Assembly (NCBI RefSeq): GCF_037042905.1
Contig: NC_087250.1
Coordinates: 9,984,001-10,048,000 of the forward strand
DNA length: 64,000 nucleotides
From: Lytechinus pictus
Lineage: Eukaryota
Direction: 5' to 3'
Each line of letters opens with the position of its first letter. The first letter of the stretch is position 1. The position numbers and the translations under genes are program-made. The notes below the pieces were generated by a model, which saw only the letters and a program-made list of their open reading frames with translations, was not told the origin of the DNA and did no database searches. Positions 51,459 to 64,000 of the stretch are shown here, piece after piece.

Positions 51459-52249
51459 TCAGGTCTAAATCTCGTTTTTTTTCCGCTCGCGCTTCGCGCT
51501 CGCATCAATTGTTTAGTTGCATACCTATCCTGTTCACGATTTCAAAAATTGAAATTTTACATTCTTTACGTAAAAAAAATTTTCTGCTCGCGCTCTGCGC
51601 TCGCATTATTAATGTAATGAAGATCCCCACTTATCCTTTTCATGATTTACAAAACTTGAATAGAGTGTCTCGTTCAGTAGATCTAAATCTCGAAATTTCC
51701 CTATCAATTGTTTAGTAATATACCTATTCTGTTTAAGTTACAAAAAGTGCTTACAATTTCCATTCCTTAGGTAAAAATGATAAAAAATCTCGGCTCGCGC
51801 TTCGCGCTCGCATTATTTGATTTTTAAAATATTTAACGTCTTCATGGCTAACTGCAAGCAGTCTTTGACAGTACCTTTTCCATCAGTTCATTTCTGCTCG
51901 CGCTTCACGTTCGAAGAAATTATTCATTTGCATATACACATCTTTTTCAGGATAACAAACATTGCCCAGAATGTTAAAAATTTTAGGGAAAATACTCAAG
52001 ATTTCCAAAAAAAAATTAGCTCGCGCTTCGCGCTCGCATTATATAAATAAGGATTAGGGTATTATATATACTCTTTATACATAAAATAAAGATAAGAAGT
52101 CACTATTAGGACTACCCCTTCAAAGATACCAAAATTCCCGGCAAAAATCATCTTCGAGCGGCCGATCGGGTAAAATATGGCTGGAAAAAAAAATTCCGGG
52201 CCCCCTCCCCCCCCCCCCCCCCTATTGGCGAAGGCTGGATCCGCCCCTG
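51459..52249. mobile_element. Non-autonomous element with interspersed GCTCGCGCTTCGCGCTCGCATT motifs
   Basis: Motif recurs at about 51485, 51586, 51792, 51895 and 52019; poly-C tract and GGATCCGCCCCTG terminus. Confidence 0.7.
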
Positions 52250-52329
52250 GGTAGTTGGGTGGGGGCTATGCTGGACACCGATCTAATTTAATTTAGTTGA
52301 GCGTAGCATCAGTAGTTAATTGCATTGGT

Positions 52330-53815
52330 GTTCAGCAGGAGTAAATAAAGCAAGAAGTTAAAGTCGTTTTGTAGCTCTCTCTATCTCTCGCTGCTGATCC
52401 CTCCACTTCTTTGGAGATTCCTGGAGTCCTCTTATATTATATATATATATATATAATATAATACATAGAATATGTACAGATCCGATATTAGCAAATTTCA
52501 AGACACATAGGGCGGGAGGTATGAATTTTGTGAAGAAAAGGGAAAGCAGGAGTAGGCTATTGTGTACTTCAGATGACAAGCAAGGATGGTAGGATAAGGT
52601 GGCACAAGTAAATTGGTGGTTGTGGCAATACGTGTGGTCTACTAGGCACTGCTTAGCTTTGTTGACAAAATCCATGAGATTGGGACATGCTCCAACAAAG
52701 TGCTCCACTGTTTCATTGGCAGAGTTACATAATGGGCAGTTACGAGTAGATAATTTCTTCAGAGTATATCATGTATCCGGCTGTGGGTTTCATGTAGAGG
52801 ACATTAGTTGGGCTCTAACTACAATCGCATGCCGAGTTGTAGGTGAAGGTGATATAGAGTTCTTAGGTTATAGGATGTTAACAGATGGTGGAACCAATAT
52901 TCAGAGCCTAAGTGAAGATTTAGAATGGATTGCTTGTAAAGTGAGTTGTCTTACTGCATGAAGGACTGTGTATTTAGACATACGTTTCCAGTTGGAATAT
53001 GGCGGATTGGAGATGAGACTATGCAGATCTGGCAGGTCATACTTCTTCACTGTCGCTTGTTAATGCCCGTATGGTACGCGTTCTGGCATTAAGAGCTGCA
53101 AAGATCATGTCCTGAACTCAAAACGATTATGGTCAAGAGCAATGAGTTGCCCGAGTAGCAGAAGCCTGTCGAGGTCAACCTGTGATGAAACTGGCAGGAG
53201 ATTTGTCAGCAGGAATATAATCTCATCTGCCGCAGACTTTGGCACCCTAAGAATCTGTTTAAAGAGGTGGGACTGGGTCTTGTCAAGCTTAATTCTGCAG
53301 CATAGATTATGTGAACTCGAATACAGGAGAGCCTTGCAACATCCTAGGGATACAAAAGGTTTTCCGTAGCTGGGATATAATAGTAGGGATGAGTTCACCT
53401 ATGTAGGCACCTGTTCCAGAGAGAGCGTAGAAGGTACGGAGTCCCATTCCAATGATGTTATCTGTAGGATCAAACCTTGTTCCACATTTGTTGACACCAA
53501 GATGTGGTTGACTATCCCAGGATGATCTTGTAGGTTGTTTGGTCTTGTTTGTTACAACCACTGCACATTTAGAAGGATTGGATCTGTAGTGCCATTGTTG
53601 AGCATAGTTAAAGGCAACCTCTTACATTTGCTGCAGCTTTGTTGATGAGTTGGTTGAGTACACTATCATCTGCAAGGACTACCAGGCAGGGGAAACGACC
53701 GTCCCTTGTGCAGCAAATGTTCTTTTCACATTTTTTTTTATCAGACCATTAACATATGTACTAGTCGAATTATTAGAAGCATCTTTTTGCAAGAACTTTT
53801 GCCCCACCTGCCATA
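52330..53815 (-). mobile_element. Decayed non-LTR retrotransposon 3' part (RTEX-like)
   Basis: Minus-strand ADD motif near 53670, YAQQWHYRSNPSKCAVV, FKQILRVPKSAADEIIFLLTNLLP, and CPLC..ETVEHFVGAC zinc knuckle; many stops and frameshifts. Confidence 0.75.
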
Positions 53816-53825
53816 TCTGGTACCG

Positions 53826-54228
53826 TTAAAGGCGACCGCACACCTTACGATTGGTCTGCGACCCGATTTCAGAATAAAACGTAGTAGAATTTGATGCTAA
53901 TATTGAGACTTGGAATATCTTACTGTGTAATGTTCTAAATCATCATAAGAATACCTATGTTCATATCCTTCTTAGAATAAAAGCGAATTTAATATCTAGT
54001 CGTATTGACGTCATAGCAGTCGTACGATTGGCTACGATTTGAAACTAATTTGGCCTTTACTCCAAAATAAAGGCTTGCAATCTTTTAAAATGGTTAATAG
54101 TATTCTTTCAATTAATTTTTAATCTCAAATAAAATGATATGTTCCATTCACATTTTCAGAAAATTAGCAAAATTCGATTTGTTCCAAAATCGGATCGCGA
54201 ACAGTCGTAAGGAGTGCGGCGGCCTTAA
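53826..54228. mobile_element. TTAA-flanked MITE
   Basis: TTAA-AGGCGACCGCACACCTTACGA ... TCGTAAGGAGTGCGGCGGCC-TTAA. Confidence 0.75.
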
Positions 54229-54789
54229 CATTTTCGGCTCATTACTTACACCACTTAGCCGTGGTTAAGTTTAGCAATAGAAGTACAATGTGTGTCTGTG
54301 TCATTGGGCTGTGTATAGAGCACAAATTAGTAATTCATTCGGGAGCAGATCACAGATAATTTAACTTTATTTATTAAAATAGTTCATGAAAATTGGACAA
54401 AAGGATTGAATATCAAATAAAATTCATTATACGTTCTTATTCTTTCATAATTGGGCATTTGGAGATGCTAGGGTGCATGCTTATCGTTGTTGTCGGCAAA
54501 GCAGTTCCGTTTTTTTCTCGCAAAAAATTTGGTAAATTTATGGTTAGTCTTGTCTCGGGTCATATAAATTTGGTTTGAGTTGGACAAGTACTCGATTAAT
54601 GTACCAAATTGTAGGCCTACTGTATATTTCGATTAATCTCAGTAAACTAGAACAAAATAGAGGGGTTGCTATCTAATGATATTTTTATGGTGTATATACT
54701 TGAGAGTGAATTGGAGTCTTAATTACTCATGTGTGCCCTGTACGTGAACGCGTGAAATTGGTGAAGAAAAAGTAAAAAAATATACACTT

Positions 54790-55191
54790 GGGCGATTCCA
54801 TGCTAGAAAGATCAGCCATTTTCACAACATTTTTCAACCTGCTGTCCAAATGAACAAAGAACTTCAATTTGCTTTGTGGTAATATTAAAGAACTATTGGG
54901 TAGACATGCAAAAAACCGACAACCAACAAAAATATATTGTCTTTATGTGAATTAGAGCTTAAAATGTTGCGTGTCGTACGGGACATTTCTGCGTCCCAAA
55001 CGATCGACACACAACATTTTCACCTATAATTTACCCATAATCATTTTGTTTGTGTTGGTTATTAGTTTTTCACATGACTACCCACTATAGCTTCATCATT
55101 GACCAAAAATAATATTTTATTGCTCAAGCATTCGTCTAAGAAACTAGAAATTAATGTCAAAATGTCCCGTACGACACGTATGGAATCGCCC
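54790..55191. mobile_element. MITE with GGGCGATTCCAT TIRs
   Basis: GGGCGATTCCAT ... ATGGAATCGCCC; CACTT on both flanks. Confidence 0.7.
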
Positions 55192-55469
55192 ACTTGCGTG
55201 GCTCGTCAACCCTGTTTCAAAGAGACCTGCGTCAAAGAAAAACAATATCACATAGCCGTAGCAGTGGTGATAGTAATACAAGTAGTTGCTGTAGAATAGC
55301 AGCAGCGCTGAAACCTGTTTTAAGGTTGTTTTACTACGAGGGCAGACAAACCGCGATACGTTTGCCTGTTTTGTTTGCTTATGAACCCGGCCCGGTGTGG
55401 TCGCTTCCTCCTTCAGCCGAAATAATCATTTCTTTCCCTCCTTTTCTGCATTCAAACAATATCGAACAG

Positions 55470-55733
55470 AACTACGATGACGTACCAGATCAGAACAGAC
55501 GATCAGGATCAATCTCTTCCGGTTCGTTCATGGAATCACTTCCTGAGAGCATGCAGACCTCGGAGCCACAGGAAGGTTTCCAGGGTCCTCGTGCTTCGGC
55601 GGAAACACGAAACGGAATGTACTGTACCACTCTGATGCGGGACAGACGTGCCGCTGCAGGACGGGGAGCCCGTGCAGGTCTTAGGCAGCAAACAAGAATC
55701 ATTCGTATGAGGCCGATTAGTACACCTAACTAA
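55470..55733 (+). CDS. Gene B exon 15, terminal cytoplasmic exon
   Basis: NYDDVPDQNRRSGSISSGSF..GMYCTTLMRDRR..PN-stop; pyrimidine tract and AACAG acceptor; phase 0 matches exon 14. Confidence 0.75.
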   Translation, partial: NYDDVPDQNRRSGSISSGSFMESLPESMQTSEPQEGFQGPRASAETRNGMYCTTLMRDRRAAAGRGARAGLRQQTRIIRMRPISTPN

Positions 55734-55749
55734 AATTATAGGACATTAT

Positions 55750-56075
55750 GGACCGTATTCTGATAGCCTGGTTTAACTTAACCCTAGTCTAAGTGTGGTA
55801 ATAAACCGCCATATTTAAACCGAGGTTTAAATTTCCTATTCTGATAGCAATGTTTAAGTTAACCCTGGTCTAAGTGTGGTAATATATCCTTAAAAAGTTA
55901 GACTCTCGCAGGGGATACTTTAAGCCTGGTTTAAATCAAGAAAATCATGGCCAACAATTTTTTAGAATTTATACCTATCTTGCATTTCGAGCTACTTCCT
56001 TAGTTTTTAACCGATTATTGTTAAATTTTGAACACACATTGGTAAGGAGGTGTAAGAAACATCAGAATACGGGCC
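55750..56075. mobile_element. Harbinger-like MITE
   Basis: GGACCGTATTCTGAT ... ATCAGAATACGGGCC with internal direct repeats (TAACCCT.GTCTAAGTGTGGTAATA). Confidence 0.65.
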
Positions 56076-57411
56076 TATTTGTTCTATTATGTAAAGCTGA
56101 ATGATGTATATATACGCCCCCCCCCCCCCATAAATCAGAAAAAAAGTGATATCCATGTTGATTTTGATACTCCTATTCTTAATTGTTATAATTTGCTCGT
56201 TAAGGACGCAGGAAAGTAATCTTTTTTTTGCAAAGTTATATCATAACATATGTACAAACCTTTTCAAATGTACACTTTCAGAAATCATTCTTGGTATAGC
56301 AGTTGTAAAGAGTTGTAAAGACAGCAGCTACTAAATGTGACAAATTATTTCTTTTGCTTGAGGTGAATAGATCTGTGCGTAATATGAGCGCAGAATTGCG
56401 CATTAGGACAAAGTTTTAAAATGACAAATTTATGCCCAAGCTGCAATAATACAAAAAACAATCATTCAACTCACGAAGAATGAAGACTGAGCAGCGGCAG
56501 TATAAATGCGATAAGAAATCCTGTTTATTACATTCAAATTACAGGCCTACTAACATGAATAACAAGTCTCAGTAGTAGCAAATAAGATAACATGCTATAT
56601 TATAGCATATTACTCCACTTGACACTTGTTTAATGTAGCCAAAAATCTCGTGTGTTTTTAAATGACTTGATTACTGTGCCATGAATATGAGTATACACCC
56701 CCGGCCTTCCATCTAACATGTGTATTCAAATTTGAAAATAACCTCGATGTTGTCCTTTCATATCTTTTAGAAGTCGTAATAGAACATGTATTATTCATTA
56801 CTCTTACGTTTAAATGTTATCGTATATAAAAAGGAAATCACGAATGATTCAATAATTATACGTATATAATAAAAATTGTATTTGTTTCATCATTACATTT
56901 CCAAATTCATATTTACAAAAATGTCATTACATTTACAATATAAATGAAAGGAATGCAATCATATTGTAGTCATCCACAACAGTAAAAATGCATATTAAGA
57001 AGCTACACAAGACATCCGTCAGAGGAACTTTGACAATGAGGGTAAGGGTGGGGTGTTGTAATAGACTAGTACTGCTTGGTTTTCATATCATGTAGGCCTT
57101 TTTCAGGTAGAATGTTTTCAGATGTTTTTTATAGGTTTTCCCGCTCAATTTCAGATTTAAATCATTTAATCTAATGTTGTGGATTTTGATGTCGCGATAG
57201 CTATGATCGCCTCGGTTATTTGTCATTCTGTCACTTGATTGCATTTTCCGTGCAAAATAATTATCAAACAAGTCACTAGAGTATAGATAAACAGCATGCA
57301 ATTAAATGAATTCGCAAAAATAACAATTTTCCGCATGTTGGTCCATGATCTCTCCAAAACATTCTTCAATTGAATCAAGTGAATTTTTAAAAAGAGCATG
57401 CAGTTGAATTG

Positions 57412-57997
57412 GTTACACTTCGTAATTCCGAAGGTTCGTAATTCCGAAGGTTCTTTATTCCGAAGGTTCGTAATTCCGAATCACGCAAATTGCCTATCCC
57501 TCGATGTTCGTTAATCCGAAAACGTAAAAGGGTTCGTTAATCCGAATATTTGTGGCGTTACTCCGAAGGTTCGTTATTCCGAAGGTTCGATAATCCGAAA
57601 ACGAAATAAGGTTCGATGTACCGAAGGTTCGTTAATCCGAAAACGAAATAAGGTTCGTTGTTCCGAAGGTTCGTTAATCCGAAAACGAAATAAGGTTCGT
57701 TGTTCCGAAGGTTCGTTAGTCCGAAAACGAAATAAGGTTAGTTAATCATTTAGTTTTCGGACTAACGATCTTCGGAATTACGAACCTCATTTCTTTTTCG
57801 GATTAACGAACCTTCGGAATTACGAACCTCACTTGGTTTTCGGACTAACGAACCTTCGGAATTACGAACCTCACTTCGTTTTCGGACTAACGAACCTTCG
57901 GAATTACGAACCTGCGGAAATACGAACCTTCGGAATAACGAACCTTCGGAATATCCGAACCTGCGGAATAACAAAGCTTCGGAATTACGAATGTATG
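57412..57997. repeat. Foldback element built of TTCCGAAGGTTCGT(T)AA minisatellite arms
   Basis: Units of about 16 bp in one orientation to about 57740, then the reverse-complement orientation to about 57995. Confidence 0.9.
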
Positions 57998-58368
57998 CGG
58001 TTGAATGAATGGGCATTCAAAGTAATTTTTCCACATTTGTATTAATTATATTTGCAACATCTATTTTTTTAGTATGCGCATGGAAATTAAGAAATGGGCA
58101 TTCAATATCAGATGTTGCATGGCGTGGCAGCTGTTTAGCCGAACGAATTTTCGTATAGGCAAGCGTGTTTTACATTAGTGCATTTGATTTAAAATGTTAA
58201 GCAACAGCTCACTTAAAATGTGTAAATTATTCGGCGATTCTATTTCATGTATAGGCCTACTTTTCCTGCGAGTAATATTTGAAATAATGTTATAAAATGT
58301 ACTGTAATGCGTTTTTTTTTTTAATGGTATGGAGCCATTCCTTCCAAATCCGCCATGCCTGACATATA

Positions 58369-61300
58369 CAGTGCGTGTCAAAAAAGTTTACACTTAGGAA
58401 AAGCCCTGGGAATTAAAAAATAAACAACATGTGGGTAATTTTTTCACATATAATCTTGGGTTAGGGTCTCATCTATCTAATGAAAGTAAAAGTTTTGACA
58501 GAATGTTACACTTGATAAGCACTGTCCATTTATGTAAAGCTCGCAGAAATCTGTTTGCGCAGAAATGCTCGTTTTCACGCTGTGTCAAGGGAAAAGGGAG
58601 AAATCAAACTTACCCTGCGAAACATTTCTCATACATTTCCCTTGCACTTATAGTCAGTTGAGATAAAACGGGTATACATTCAAACATTTTGTAGCAATTT
58701 TGCCACCCAAATTGAAATTTCAACACTTAGTAAGCACAACCTCTACCCTTTTGTGCCAGCCGGATCTGAGGACATAACTGAATCTGAACAAAAGTTTATA
58801 TCAGACATACATATCCAGCATTTGTTCACTAAGTTTTTATCATTTAAAGTGGGATTACATTTAATTTTTCATACTTGTTTCTCCACACTTTTTCCAAGCT
58901 TGACAATGATTAACAAAATGACAATCAAGCCTAAGCCATTTCATGTAAATCACAGTTCAGTGTAAAGCAAATATCGTCACGATGGTCTCGGTGTGTGGGG
59001 GAGTGGGGTGGGGCGTAATGCACCCTTCGACAAGGAAACAAGTTTAAAAAGGTAAAAAATATCTTCAAATCAATTTTCTAGAATTTCTACGTCCAAAATC
59101 AAGGTCCCCATCAAGCTCCGACTACGCCACCGATGACTTCAGCACACTCTCGTCACGTCAGATTACCCAGGAAGAACGGATAACTTCTCCACAAAAAGCA
59201 CACCCCAGCAGAAAGTTCAAAAGAGGAATCGGAAAGAAAGAAGGTGACCAAAGAAAAGTGAGTAAACTGAAACTCAGATCACTAAACATGGACATGGAAA
59301 ATAATATATCCTCGGTACGAGTGAACGAAAACAGAATATGTATTTTTTATCCCTCAATGTAAGGGGGATCAGAAATAAACTGAAACGAAGCAAAATTTTG
59401 TCGTGGATTATAAAACAGAAAACAGATGTAATAATGTTACAAGAAACTTTTTTGACCTTTGAAATGGAATCAATAGTGAGTCTAAAATTAGATTACCAAT
59501 GTTTCTTCAATCATGGCACAAACCACTCTAAAGGTGTGGCTATTTTTGTGCGTAAAAAAAAAATGTTATTATGAACAGATCGAAAAGTTTGTACACCTTG
59601 ATGGTCGTGTTCTTGCGATAAGATTGAAAGATGATTAAAAAAGCAATTCACCTGGCGTCAATTGTCATTAAATATATTTTCCCGTCTTGACTATTGGCTG
59701 TTAATAGATTCTTTATGGTGCTGTGTGCAAACGGTTGAAATTAAATCTGCTCCAAATTGTGATCATTGTGCAATTACTTTAAAAAATGACAACTAATAGT
59801 CCTCGAAAAGGATGTGGCTTATGGAAAATGAATAATTCGTTTTTAAAAGACGATTATTATACAAAAAATGTGAAAAGTTTGATTAAAAATTATATTGGAA
59901 AATGTTAATATGAATCAAATGAATTGGGACATGTGTAAAATAAAAATTAAAGAATACACAATCAAGTATTCGAAACAAAAACAGAAAGAAAATAATGAAA
60001 CTTTTAAACAATTACACTCTGAATTCGATTCAATGAGTTATAAGACTGATGAAAACCCATCTAATGAAAATAAAGCTGAATTAGAACGAACAAAAATTCA
60101 ACTATACCAATGGTTAACATATAAATGTAAAGGAGCTTTCATCAGATCCAGGCGAAAGTGGATGGAGCATGGTGAAAAGTCAACCAAATATGTTTTTGAA
60201 AGCGAAAAGAGAAACGGAAAGAGAAAATAAATTAATTATATTAAAAAGAATGGAAGGGTTATTACAAACCAGGAATCTGTTCTTGGAGAAATATTTCAAT
60301 ATTATAAACATTTGTACTCTAAAACAAACAATGAAGTTGAATCGTCTGATATTGATGACTATTTAGATTCAACTATATTACCTACGTTAACAGAACAAGA
60401 AGCATTGTCATGCGAAGGTATACTTACTGAGGAAGAATGTCGTAATGCTTTATTTTCTAACAATAAGTCGCAAGGTGGTGACGGTTTATCTGTTGAATGT
60501 TTAAAGTATTTTTGGGACGATGTTAAATCCCTTATAATAGTGTTAATGAAGGTTTCAAAAACAGTTATCAGAAACTCAGAAATTAGCTATATTAACTTTG
60601 CTGTACAAGAAAGGTGATAAACAATGTCTAGATAATTGGAGACCTATATCATTGCTCAACACTGATTATAAGATTGCAGCATAAGTATTGTACAAGATTA
60701 AGAGGTATTATAGATAAATTGATTTCTTTTGATCAATCAGGTTATCTAAAACAGCGCTCTGCTATGCAAAATCTACGTTTGGTTAAAGATATCAAATATT
60801 ATGAATATAATAATCACCAAGGCATTTTTCTTTTTCGTGATTTTCGAAAAGCTTTCGATACGGTTACCTATCAGTTACTATTTCAAATATTATACAAACT
60901 TAAATTTAAAGAATCTTTTATTACATGGATTAAAGTCCTCTATGCAAATGTTGGAGGGAGTGTCATGAATAATGGTTGGATTTCGAAAAAATTTGAAATA
61001 AAAAGAGGAATTAGACAGGGTTGCCCTCTGTCCGCTCTATTGTTTATTCTTGTTGTTGAAATTATGGCATTAAAATAAAGCAGAATATTGATATCAGTGG
61101 TATCACTGTAGTATCTACTGAAACTGGTATTTCAAAAGAATTTAAGATATATCAAATTGCAGATGACACTGTTCTCTTTTTAAACAACATTCAATCTGCC
61201 AACTTATGTCTTGAAGAAGTAAAACTTTTTGGTTTCTTGGCTGGGCCAAGCCTAAATGTAATGAAAACAAATGCTGTCACTATGCAACAACATGCATTCA

Positions 61301-63154
61301 TTGAAGGTATTAAATGGAATGATGAACCTGTCAAGTACTTAGGAATGTATCTAACAAGTGATAAAAAAGAGTCTGAACGACTAAACTGGTTTATGAAACT
61401 TCAAAAAGTTAAATCAATTTTAATTTTTTTGGAAAATGAGAAATTTCACTTACTATGGTAAAGTTTTGATTCTTAAATCATTAGTAATTTCTCAATTTGT
61501 TTACGTTGCCTCTGTATTACCAATCCCCCAGAAACTAGTTGTTGATCTCAATAAACTGATGTATAATTTTTTATGGAATTCAAATCGAGAAAAAGTCAAG
61601 AGAGCAGTCTTGATTAATAATATTATAAGGGGAGGACTGAGAATGATAGATTTGAAATCTAAATTCCAATCATTACATTCATCATGTTTGAGTAGATTCT
61701 TTGAAAATGATAATGATGTACCGTGAAAAATTATGTTTAGATATTGGATAGAAAAAATATGTCCTTTTTTATTAATTTTGAAAAACAAATTGTTTCAGTA
61801 AAGATATGTTGAAGTTGTGCGTAAAACAAAAGGTACCCAACTTTTATATTGACTGTCTCATAACTTGGAGTGAACTTAAATATATTCAGTTTCCAGATAT
61901 TGTAAATGTTAAAAATCAAGTTTTGTGGTACAATAGTAATATCACACATGATAGAAAATCTTTATTTTTTTTAATGGTTTGAAAAAGGCATTATAACGAT
62001 TAATGACATTGTAGAAAATGGACGATTTCGGCCAAGAGAACATATTTGTCGAGTGCTTGGCTCAAATTCTTTGTTAATTGACTTTATGTATTCGAAACTG
62101 AAAAATGCAATACCAAAAACTTGGATCGAAAGAATTCTAGACATAAGTTATGCAGATAACGATGGAACAAATTCACAATACGGAAGCGACGTATTCGAAA
62201 TTAGAACGCTTGATTTTATTAGACTACGATCAATGAAGTCTCGCAATTTCTATAGTTTATTGTGTGAATTTAAGAAAAGAGAACCGACTGCTTTAACATT
62301 CTGGGAAGGTGAATTGAACCTTGCAATTGATTTTGACTGGAAAGACACATTGAAATTTAAGTTTAAGACATTGAAAAACAATAAAATAAAGCAACTCGAC
62401 TTCAAAACTCTTCATAGGACTTTATCGTTTAGATACAACTTGTGGAGGTGGAAAATCGTAACAGACAACTTATGTATTTTCTGTAAAACAATAGAATCTT
62501 TTGTTCATGTTGTTTTAGAATGCCCAAGCGTAAAGCTTTTCTGGAAACGTATTGTGGATTTGATTAATTTAATGTTTAAAGGAAAATATATTAAACGAAA
62601 AATCAATAATAGTTGGTTTTGATTTCACACATGAAAAAGAAACAGATATAAATATAAATAAATCCTTGTGTATGCTCAGTATGCAATCTATTTGATGTAT
62701 ATGATTAATTATTTTCAAGGTAAACCATACAACAGTTATTCTATATGGCATGTGTTTAAATATGAAATTCTTTTAGACGACATCTCGGATGTTGTCTCTA
62801 AGACCCTGAATGTTAATACATATTAACTTGGCAATTGAATAAATAAAAAACCTCCGACACGAGGAAAAAAAAATCTTCAAATCAATTCTACTAGCTAAAT
62901 TCCACGTGATCTTCATGATTAAGGTTTACTTTTATTCGCATAACTATTTCAAAGTTCTGCGCAAATCGTTTTTCACTAACTTTTCAAAAGCAAGTGGTGC
63001 TCACTCAAGCAGAAATATATTTTGACAGTTATATCGTCATTTGCTTAAATGGATCTGTACCAATGTTAAAATGTGGAAAAATATTCAGGATATTACAAGT
63101 GTATAATTTTACAGGATTGTTTTCAAAGTGCAAACTTTTTTTTGATACGCACTG
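58369..63154. mobile_element. Tc1/mariner-type non-autonomous element split by an L1
   Basis: TA-CAGTGCGTGTCAAAAAAAGTTTACACT ... AGTGCAAACTTTTTTTTGATACGCACTG-TA. Confidence 0.85.
59081..62870 (+). mobile_element. L1/Tx1-clade LINE with decayed ORF2 (APE endonuclease, RT, CCHC)
   Basis: SLNVRG..LQET endonuclease motif; [22 protein letters not shown] and IADD RT motifs; CIFC..HVVLEC; AATAAA and poly-A; TSD-like ATCTTCAAATCAATT on both sides; many frameshifts. Confidence 0.92.
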
Positions 63155-63654
63155 TAGAGGATCACCCATGAAATTTATTAAAGTTGAAAATATGTATAAA
63201 AGGGATCCACTTTTGTAAGGCACAATTTTTTTAATGGAATGTCTCAAGCATAGGAAATTGGGGATCCTTTTTTTATTACACATCATTAATTTGAATTAAA
63301 TTAGAATTAAAAAATTAATTGTGAATATTAGTAGAGAATATCGATAAAGAATTGTATGGAAGGGGAATGTGAAGATGCAAGGGTAAATTGCCAATTCGCA
63401 TACTGCCAACTCGTCCACTTAACATTCAGCTCGTGTAAAAGAAAATTTAGAAGCACCACTTTCCATTGTTCTCACTCAGCCATACGTACATTACAAACAT
63501 TGAAATTGGCATTAAATGAAAGAAGAGAAGCATATTATTGTCTCCATTATTATTATTTCTATTAATTCCATTCATGTACATCTTCTGAAGCAAATGATAA
63601 CGACTGCAAAAACTACAATGAATTACAGTTTCGTTTTTTTGGGGGGCGCACTGT

Positions 63655-63708
63655 ATATACACGTATTTGCATATGTGTGTATTCACACACACCCACACAC
63701 ACACACAC

Positions 63709-63747
<39 letters not shown>

Positions 63748-63759
63748 TGTATGTATATA

Positions 63760-63817
<58 letters not shown>

Positions 63818-63820
63818 TAA
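63655..63820. repeat. (CA)n/(AT)n microsatellite next to a partial MITE end (about 63625-63655)
   Basis: Direct inspection; TTTCGTTTTTTTGGGGGGCGCACTGTA resembles the TIR at 39558-39582. Confidence 0.9.
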
Positions 63821-64000
63821 TAGAAATAGTCTGCTTCGGAATATGGAATAAAGTAATCACAAAAGGTTTAGTAAATGCCGTGGAAATAAGATCGCAGATT
63901 TTAAAAGGAGCATAGCTCTAAAAAATAAGGGTGTGTGTGTGAGTATATGATACAGATATGAATTAAATAATATTCTTATAATAAGAATAAATAATGACTA

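Noticed and set aside
51195..51617. 140-aa ORF as a coding region
   Set aside because: Splice phase supports a different frame (Pro-rich exon 51246-51424), and the ORF's 3' half is repeat sequence.
25114..55733. Naming gene B as nephrin, NCAM or a receptor kinase/phosphatase
   Set aside because: Domain count and extra modules differ, and no catalytic domain exons were found; no symbol assigned without a search.
57412..57997. CRISPR array, or coding ORFs 57762-58016 and 57833-58045
   Set aside because: No unique spacers, eukaryotic context and no cas genes; the ORFs are translations of the minisatellite.
63447..63915. ORFs rich in IY/HT repeats (also 13910-14158, 21038-21325, 24351-24560)
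   Set aside because: Microsatellite translations.

Overview
AT-rich, intron-rich, repeat-dense animal genomic DNA. The repeat types suggest a marine invertebrate, probably a sea urchin; this is inference only. The core of the window is a head-to-head pair of multi-exon immunoglobulin-superfamily (IgSF) type-I membrane receptor genes, assembled by hand from splice sites and intron phases. Gene A (- strand, ATG 21368): signal peptide, V-Ig, C2-Ig, an uncertain exon, Ig, TM, short Tyr-containing tail. Gene B (+ strand, ATG 25114, stop 55733, 15 exons, about 1095 aa, open throughout): signal peptide, split V-Ig, C2-Ig, an 8-Cys Trp-less module, Ig, Ig, two copies of [FN3 + unrecognised 4-Cys module], TM, and a Pro-rich, ITIM-like tail. 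The left end holds a decayed PIF/Harbinger element with a spliced Myb/SANT-like pseudogene. Also present: an apparently intact Tc1 (DD34E) transposon in a gene B intron, decayed LINEs (L1/Tx1-, CR1/Crack-, RTE- and RTEX-like, two nested inside MITEs), tRNA-derived SINEs, many MITEs, palindromic elements and microsatellites. No rRNA, genuine tRNA or CRISPR array was found. Family names rest on motif recognition, not database searches.
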